The notes beneath the pieces are model-generated. The model did no database searches and had not been told where the DNA came from. It saw only the letters and a program-made list of their open reading frames with translations. Both the position numbers and the translations under genes were made by a program. From NCBI GenBank assembly GCA_028355015.1, contig JAOMRN010000003.1:48142-112141 (forward strand): a stretch of DNA of 64,000 nt, written 5' to 3'. Source of the stretch: Methanobacteriota archaeon. GTDB lineage: Archaea > Thermoplasmatota > Poseidoniia > Poseidoniales > Thalassarchaeaceae. Below, one piece after another: positions 59,131-64,000 of this stretch. Numbering within the stretch: the first letter of the stretch is position 1; each line of letters begins with the position of its first letter.

Positions 59131-61086
59131 GTGTCTGAAAATTCGTTATTAAAAATTCAAAATCTCAAAGTCCATTTCGACACACTTGAAGGCCCAGTTG
59201 AGGCTTTACATGATGTAAATCTTGAAGTTAAAAAGGGTCAAATAATGGGTGTCGTAGGGGAATCAGGATGTGGTAAGTCGGTTACCTCATTGACCAGTAT
59301 TGGATTAGCCACTTGTATCGTTGATGAAGGAAGTATCAAGTATGATGGTAAGGAAATGATTTTTCATGAAAGTGATAAAAATAATTCTCTTGTATTTCTT
59401 AGTAACATATTACCCTACATCGCAGTTTTAATTTTCTTCCCTGTAGGTTTTGTTTATCTAATGCCTTTTATGAATGATCCACTACTAGGTTTCCAAATCA
59501 TAATGTTAGGCTTTGGATTGATTATTATTTCTCTTATTATCAAATATTTTATTTACTCCGATTTAAGAGAACATGAGAAATTTATGAGATTTATTAGAGG
59601 TAATGAAATAAGTATGATTTTCCAAGAGCCAATGACTGCGTTAAACCCCCTATACACAGTTGAAAAGCAGATTTATGAGGTTATGAAGACCCATAACCGT
59701 TTAGTAGACTCTAGATTATCTCAATATGATAGAATTTTTTCTTCATTAAAGTCCCCATTTAGATTTATGTATAATTGGATTTTATCTGATCGTTTTTCAT
59801 CAATATTTTTCTTAATTCTTCTATTAACTTATCTTATAACTTCATGTATGGGACCAAACCTAATTTCTTCATGGGGGACTCGCTTTGCCGTAATATTCTA
59901 CGCTTCTGCCGAGGTATCAATATCATGCACTAATTATACGGATGAATTAATTTCTTATTGCTTTTTATTGATTCCTTTTGGTATACTAAGAGCCTCAATA
60001 AAATCCTCGATGGATAGAAAAGAAGACTTCAGAAAGATGTTGGTGTCAATTCCATATGTATCTGTCATATTATTATTGATTCTATGGTATGATAGTAGTC
60101 TTTTTTTGGGTGATTTATGGCATGAAGAATTAGAAATTTCTGACAACAATTGGGTCCATTCGGCGTTTATGATTGCTTTCTATTTCCCTATCATTTCATC
60201 ACTCTTTGTTGATTTCTCTAGGCTTGAAGAAGTTCATAGATTTTTGATAATTAGATCAATACCTTTTACATTTACTCTAGCACTAACTTATGCAATACTT
60301 CTGTGGACTCCTAATCAGGTCGTTGGAACCATCGTTGCTTTGGTGATGGTAATATCGATACCAGGTATGATATTGATTGATTACTTACAACTTGACCCTG
60401 CTCATAGAGGACAAGTAGTAAAGATTCTTGAAGATGTCCAGATACCTAATCCTGGGGCGGTTATTACAATGTATCCTCATGAGTTATCTGGAGGGATGCG
60501 TCAAAGAGTTATGATTGCTATGATGATGTCCTGTGAGCCCAAATTACTGATTGCAGATGAACCAACTACTGCACTTGATGTCACGATACAGGCTCAAATT
60601 CTTCACTTAATGCGTGATCTTCGAGATAGAAAGGGCACTTCGATAATGCTGATTACTCATGACCTTGGAGTTATAGCTGAATTATGCGACTCAGTATCAG
60701 TGATGTATGCGGGATCAGTTGTTGAGACAGGAACTATTGAAGACATACTTGCAAATCCAAGGATGCCATATACAATCGGACTTCTACATAGTATACCCAA
60801 GATTGTACACTCGGATGAACGCGAGGGGCGCACAAGTCTCCCGATAATTCCTGGTCAAGTTCCAGATCCAAATACTCACTTTGACGGTTGCCGTTTCCAT
60901 CCAAGATGTCCATTTGCAGACGATCTCTGTCGCTCAATTAGGCCAGAAATGATTGAAGTTAGCGAAGGGCATTATGCTGCTTGCCATCATACTGATTTAA
61001 CTATCATTTCTGAAGATGTAGAGTCTTCTTTTGATATATTTTCTAAGGAATTCGAAGGCGTGGGAGGTGAGGTAATTGTCAGATAG
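59131..61086 (+). CDS. dppD: Peptide ABC transporter ATPase with two transmembrane insertions
   Basis: GESGCGKS, MIFQEPMTALNP, ELSGGMRQR, ADEPTTALD, ITHDL, GCRFHPRC. Confidence 0.9.
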   Translation: MSENSLLKIQNLKVHFDTLEGPVEALHDVNLEVKKGQIMGVVGESGCGKSVTSLTSIGLATCIVDEGSIKYDGKEMIFHESDKNNSLVFLSNILPYIAVLIFFPVGFVYLMPFMNDPLLGFQIIMLGFGLIIISLIIKYFIYSDLREHEKFMRFIRGNEISMIFQEPMTALNPLYTVEKQIYEVMKTHNRLVDSRLSQYDRIFSSLKSPFRFMYNWILSDRFSSIFFLILLLTYLITSCMGPNLISSWGTRFAVIFYASAEVSISCTNYTDELISYCFLLIPFGILRASIKSSMDRKEDFRKMLVSIPYVSVILLLILWYDSSLFLGDLWHEELEISDNNWVHSAFMIAFYFPIISSLFVDFSRLEEVHRFLIIRSIPFTFTLALTYAILLWTPNQVVGTIVALVMVISIPGMILIDYLQLDPAHRGQVVKILEDVQIPNPGAVITMYPHELSGGMRQRVMIAMMMSCEPKLLIADEPTTALDVTIQAQILHLMRDLRDRKGTSIMLITHDLGVIAELCDSVSVMYAGSVVETGTIEDILANPRMPYTIGLLHSIPKIVHSDEREGRTSLPIIPGQVPDPNTHFDGCRFHPRCPFADDLCRSIRPEMIEVSEGHYAACHHTDLTIISEDVESSFDIFSKEFEGVGGEVIVR

Positions 61087-62137
61087 GGAAACTTTAATCG
61101 AACTAAATGAAGTCAAAAAATGGTTTCCTATCAAGTCTGGTTTATTATCTCCTGTGAAGAATTTTGTCCATGCAGTTGATGGAGTAAGTCTTGTTGTAGA
61201 TAAAGGAGAAACATTGGGTATTGTTGGAGAGTCTGGTTGCGGAAAAACTACACTTGGTAGACTTATTTTAAGCCTCATACCAATTACATCAGGCTCAATA
61301 ATTTATGATGGTGTTGAATTAAGAAAAATGAAAAATAAAGATATCAGGAGAAAAATGCAGATAGTTTTCCAAGATCCCGGCGGTTCAATGAATCCCCGTA
61401 TGACCGTCAGATCAATAATTTCAGAACCTTTGATCGTCAATGGTTATTCTGATGGTGCTGAAATGACTAAAAAAGTAGGTGATTTATTAGAATCCGTTGG
61501 TTTGAAGAGGAATCATATGACTAGATTCCCTCATGAATTCTCAGGTGGTCAAAAACAGAGAGTTGCTTTAGCTAGGGCTCTAGCACTTGAACCAGATTTC
61601 ATCCTTCTAGATGAACCAACTAGCGCATTAGATGTTTCAGTTCAGGCCCAAGTGCTAAATTTATTAGATGAGATCCAGAGAGAAAGAGGTCTAACATTTG
61701 TTTTCATAACCCATTCTTTGAATGTAGTACATCATATTTCAGATAGAGTTGCAGTCATGTATCTTGGAAAGATAGTCGAACTAGCAGAAACTGATAATTT
61801 ATTTGAAAGCCCTGCTCACCCCTATACTCATGCTCTTCTTTCGGCTATCCCTGAACCAACAGTTGGTCAAGATAGAAATGAAAGGATAGTTCTAAGCGGA
61901 GATGTTCCGAGTCCTGCAGATCCGCCTTCAGGATGTCGTTTCCATACAAGGTGCCCAATAGCCAAGATCGGCGTTTGTGATGTAGATGAACCAGAATTAG
62001 TGAATATTAATTCGGGACATAAAGTAGCATGTCATTTCCCCTTGGCTCCCGGTGAAAAATTACCTTTGATTAACAATGGCATCCCATATGGTATTCACCC
62101 CCAGTCTTCAACTAACGCCTCTGATCAAGAGTCCTAA
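61076..62137 (+). CDS. dppF: Peptide ABC transporter ATPase
   Basis: GESGCGKT, FSGGQKQR, LDEPTSALD, GCRFHTRCP. Confidence 0.94.
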   Translation: MSDRETLIELNEVKKWFPIKSGLLSPVKNFVHAVDGVSLVVDKGETLGIVGESGCGKTTLGRLILSLIPITSGSIIYDGVELRKMKNKDIRRKMQIVFQDPGGSMNPRMTVRSIISEPLIVNGYSDGAEMTKKVGDLLESVGLKRNHMTRFPHEFSGGQKQRVALARALALEPDFILLDEPTSALDVSVQAQVLNLLDEIQRERGLTFVFITHSLNVVHHISDRVAVMYLGKIVELAETDNLFESPAHPYTHALLSAIPEPTVGQDRNERIVLSGDVPSPADPPSGCRFHTRCPIAKIGVCDVDEPELVNINSGHKVACHFPLAPGEKLPLINNGIPYGIHPQSSTNASDQES

Positions 62138-62225
62138 AAAGATTAGAGTTAAACATCTCTGTGTACAAAGCAGATTGAAATTTACTCCTAGATTAGTCTA
62201 TGGCTTCAAACCATCCCGCCATGGT

Positions 62226-62579
62226 ATGGAGGGTCCCGAAGAGACATCTAATTCAGTCGATTTTATAGATAAGAAATCTCAGCAAGAAGAGTCTCTTTGG
62301 AGAATTAAAAAGGCATCCGATTTAAGGAGGCACAAAAGAGTTCAATCTATTGTTGGTCAACAGTTTGAAGGTTGGAAAGTCACATTAGGACGTCCATTGT
62401 ACCTTATTTTTTGTATACTATTTGATGGGCTAATATTAACTGAAATCCCAATTCGTTTAGGCAGAACTGTCCCTTCATGGATTTTATTTGGAGTAATATT
62501 AGGTTATGTCATAATGCTCCAGAAGCAATATTATGACCAATGGTTTGATGTCGATTTAACTGGTTTAGATATGAATTAA
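62226..62579 (+). CDS. Small membrane protein (2 TM)
   Basis: Start MEGPEE inferred; two C-terminal hydrophobic segments. Confidence 0.55.
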   Translation: MEGPEETSNSVDFIDKKSQQEESLWRIKKASDLRRHKRVQSIVGQQFEGWKVTLGRPLYLIFCILFDGLILTEIPIRLGRTVPSWILFGVILGYVIMLQKQYYDQWFDVDLTGLDMN

Positions 62580-62598
62580 GGTTAATACTCCAAATTTC

Positions 62599-62685
62599 AA
62601 AATATTCATTTGCCTGTTCTAGGATTTAAAAAACATTAACTAATAATTCATTTGCACATTTTTCAATAGTTAAAATATTCATTTG
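62599..62685 (+). repeat. Direct repeats upstream of glutamine synthetase
   Basis: AAAATATTCATTTG at 62599 and 62672; core ATTCATTTG also at 62646. Confidence 0.6.
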
Positions 62686-62782
62686 AACAATTATCTCTAA
62701 TTTGAATGGGTATTAGTTCTAATATGTGCTCGATAACTTTCCAATCGAACATATAATAAACCTCATTGTCAGACGGTAACTT

Positions 62783-63793
62783 ATGGCAGATAAAGCAAAA
62801 TTAGAGTACATATGGCTAGACGGATATAATCCTACACAGAATATGAGGAGTAAAACAATGGTGAGAAATAATTTTTCGGGCAAACTTGAAGATTGCCCTA
62901 TTTGGAATTTCGATGGTAGTTCTACCAAGCAAGCAGAAGGTGGTTCGTCAGACTGTTTATTGAAGCCGGTTGCAATATTTCCAGATCCAATGAGAGATAA
63001 TGGATATCTGGTTATGACTGAGGTCTTGAATCCCGATTCTACACCACATGTATCTAATGGTAGGGCAACAATCGATGATAATGATAATGATTTTTGGTTC
63101 GGCTTTGAACAAGAATATTTCATTATGGATGTGGAAACTCAACTACCGTTAGGCTTCCCATTAGGTGGATACCCTGGGCCTCAGGGTCTCTATTATTGCT
63201 CAGTTGGGGGTAAAAATACACATGGCCGAGCATTTGTAGAAGAGCATGCTGATTTATGTATTGCAGCAGGTATAAATTTCGAAGGAATCAATCAAGAAGT
63301 TGCATGTGGGCAGTGGGAATTCCAATTATTTGCTAAAGGAGCTAAAGCAGCTGGAGATGAATTATGGGTTGCTCGATATCTTTTAGATAGACTAACGGAA
63401 AATTATGGATATTATATTGAATATCATCCTAAACCAATAAAGGGCGATTGGAATGGATCGGGTATGCATGCTAATTTTTCAGATGCGAAATTACGTGATA
63501 GTGGAGACGAAGCAGTATTCCATAAAGTATGCAAAGCATTTGGCGAAAATATCAAGAGGCATATGGATGTTTACGGTGCTCATAATGAATTACGTCTTAC
63601 TGGGCTTCATGAAACACAATCTATTGATCAATTCTCTTACGGAGTTTCAGATAGAGGGGCTTCAATCAGAATCCCTATTACAACAGTAGAAGATGGCTGG
63701 AAAGGGCGCCTTGAAGACAGACGCCCTGCATCTAATGGGGACCCTTACAAGATTGCCTCAGCCATAGTTAAAACTACAAAATCTACGTATTGA
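62783..63793 (+). CDS. glnII: Glutamine synthetase type II
   Basis: LEYIWLDG, WNFDGSST, WFGFEQEY, GPQGLYYC, GDWNGSGMH, RLTGLHET, EDRRPASN. Confidence 0.93.
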   Translation: MADKAKLEYIWLDGYNPTQNMRSKTMVRNNFSGKLEDCPIWNFDGSSTKQAEGGSSDCLLKPVAIFPDPMRDNGYLVMTEVLNPDSTPHVSNGRATIDDNDNDFWFGFEQEYFIMDVETQLPLGFPLGGYPGPQGLYYCSVGGKNTHGRAFVEEHADLCIAAGINFEGINQEVACGQWEFQLFAKGAKAAGDELWVARYLLDRLTENYGYYIEYHPKPIKGDWNGSGMHANFSDAKLRDSGDEAVFHKVCKAFGENIKRHMDVYGAHNELRLTGLHETQSIDQFSYGVSDRGASIRIPITTVEDGWKGRLEDRRPASNGDPYKIASAIVKTTKSTY

Positions 63794-64000
63794 TTTTTAA
63801 TAATCTAACTACTTCATCGGCACAACCCCAAGATAGAGTAACTCCTGCTCCTCCGTGGCCATAATTATGAATTATAATTTTGTTACTAATGATTTCTTTT
63901 TCCAGTCTAAGTTCATAACGTGATGGCCTTAAACCAACAGCTACCCCTATGATTTTGTTTCGATCTAATTCCGGCCATAATGCTTCACATTTGGAAAGAA
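63783..64000 (-). CDS. D-amino-acid oxidase family, C-terminal fragment (5'-truncated; not in ORF track)
   Basis: Manual translation ..VGLRPSR..IIHNYGHGGAGVTLSWGCADEVV. Confidence 0.85.
   Translation of the reverse strand, partial: LSKCEALWPELDRNKIIGVAVGLRPSRYELRLEKEIISNKIIIHNYGHGGAGVTLSWGCADEVVRLLKINT

Noticed and set aside
59374-60405. DppD inserts as inteins or introns
   Set aside because: No intein terminal motifs (C/S...HN-C/S/T) or endonuclease motifs; both inserts are in frame and hydrophobic.
1-64000. CRISPR arrays, IS elements, prophage, rRNA, defence systems
   Set aside because: No repeat-spacer arrays or recognisable hallmark genes; nearly all sequence is accounted for by housekeeping and transport CDS.

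Overview
Gene-dense, AT-rich archaeal chromosome segment. Archaeal TBP, archaeosine TGT, CTP-dependent riboflavin kinase, ABCE1, DRG GTPase, archaeal TpiA and eL41 occur alongside many bacterial-type metabolic and transport genes. This combination best fits Marine Group II Thermoplasmatota (Poseidoniales); the assignment is inferred from gene content. The window holds about 54 CDS (two truncated by the edges and one 35-aa ribosomal protein missing from the ORF track) and two tRNAs. I saw no CRISPR, transposase or integrase. The main anomalies are structural changes in familiar proteins. (1) In a Dpp/Opp peptide ABC importer, the normally soluble DppD ATPase carries two multi-TM insertions and the DppC permease carries extra TM helices. 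(2) TBP has a 54-aa insertion, and putative leaderless promoters show degenerate TATA boxes. (3) A glycerophosphodiester phosphodiesterase is circularly permuted. (4) Aconitase X is fused in large-small order, with mevalonate kinase and two squalene/phytoene synthases also in the window. (5) The archaeosine TGT lacks its Zn-binding cysteines. (6) tRNA-Ala has U37. (7) A peptide importer, type II GS and D-amino-acid oxidase form a cluster. All calls come from motif recognition by eye; no database searches were run, so novelty is unverified.
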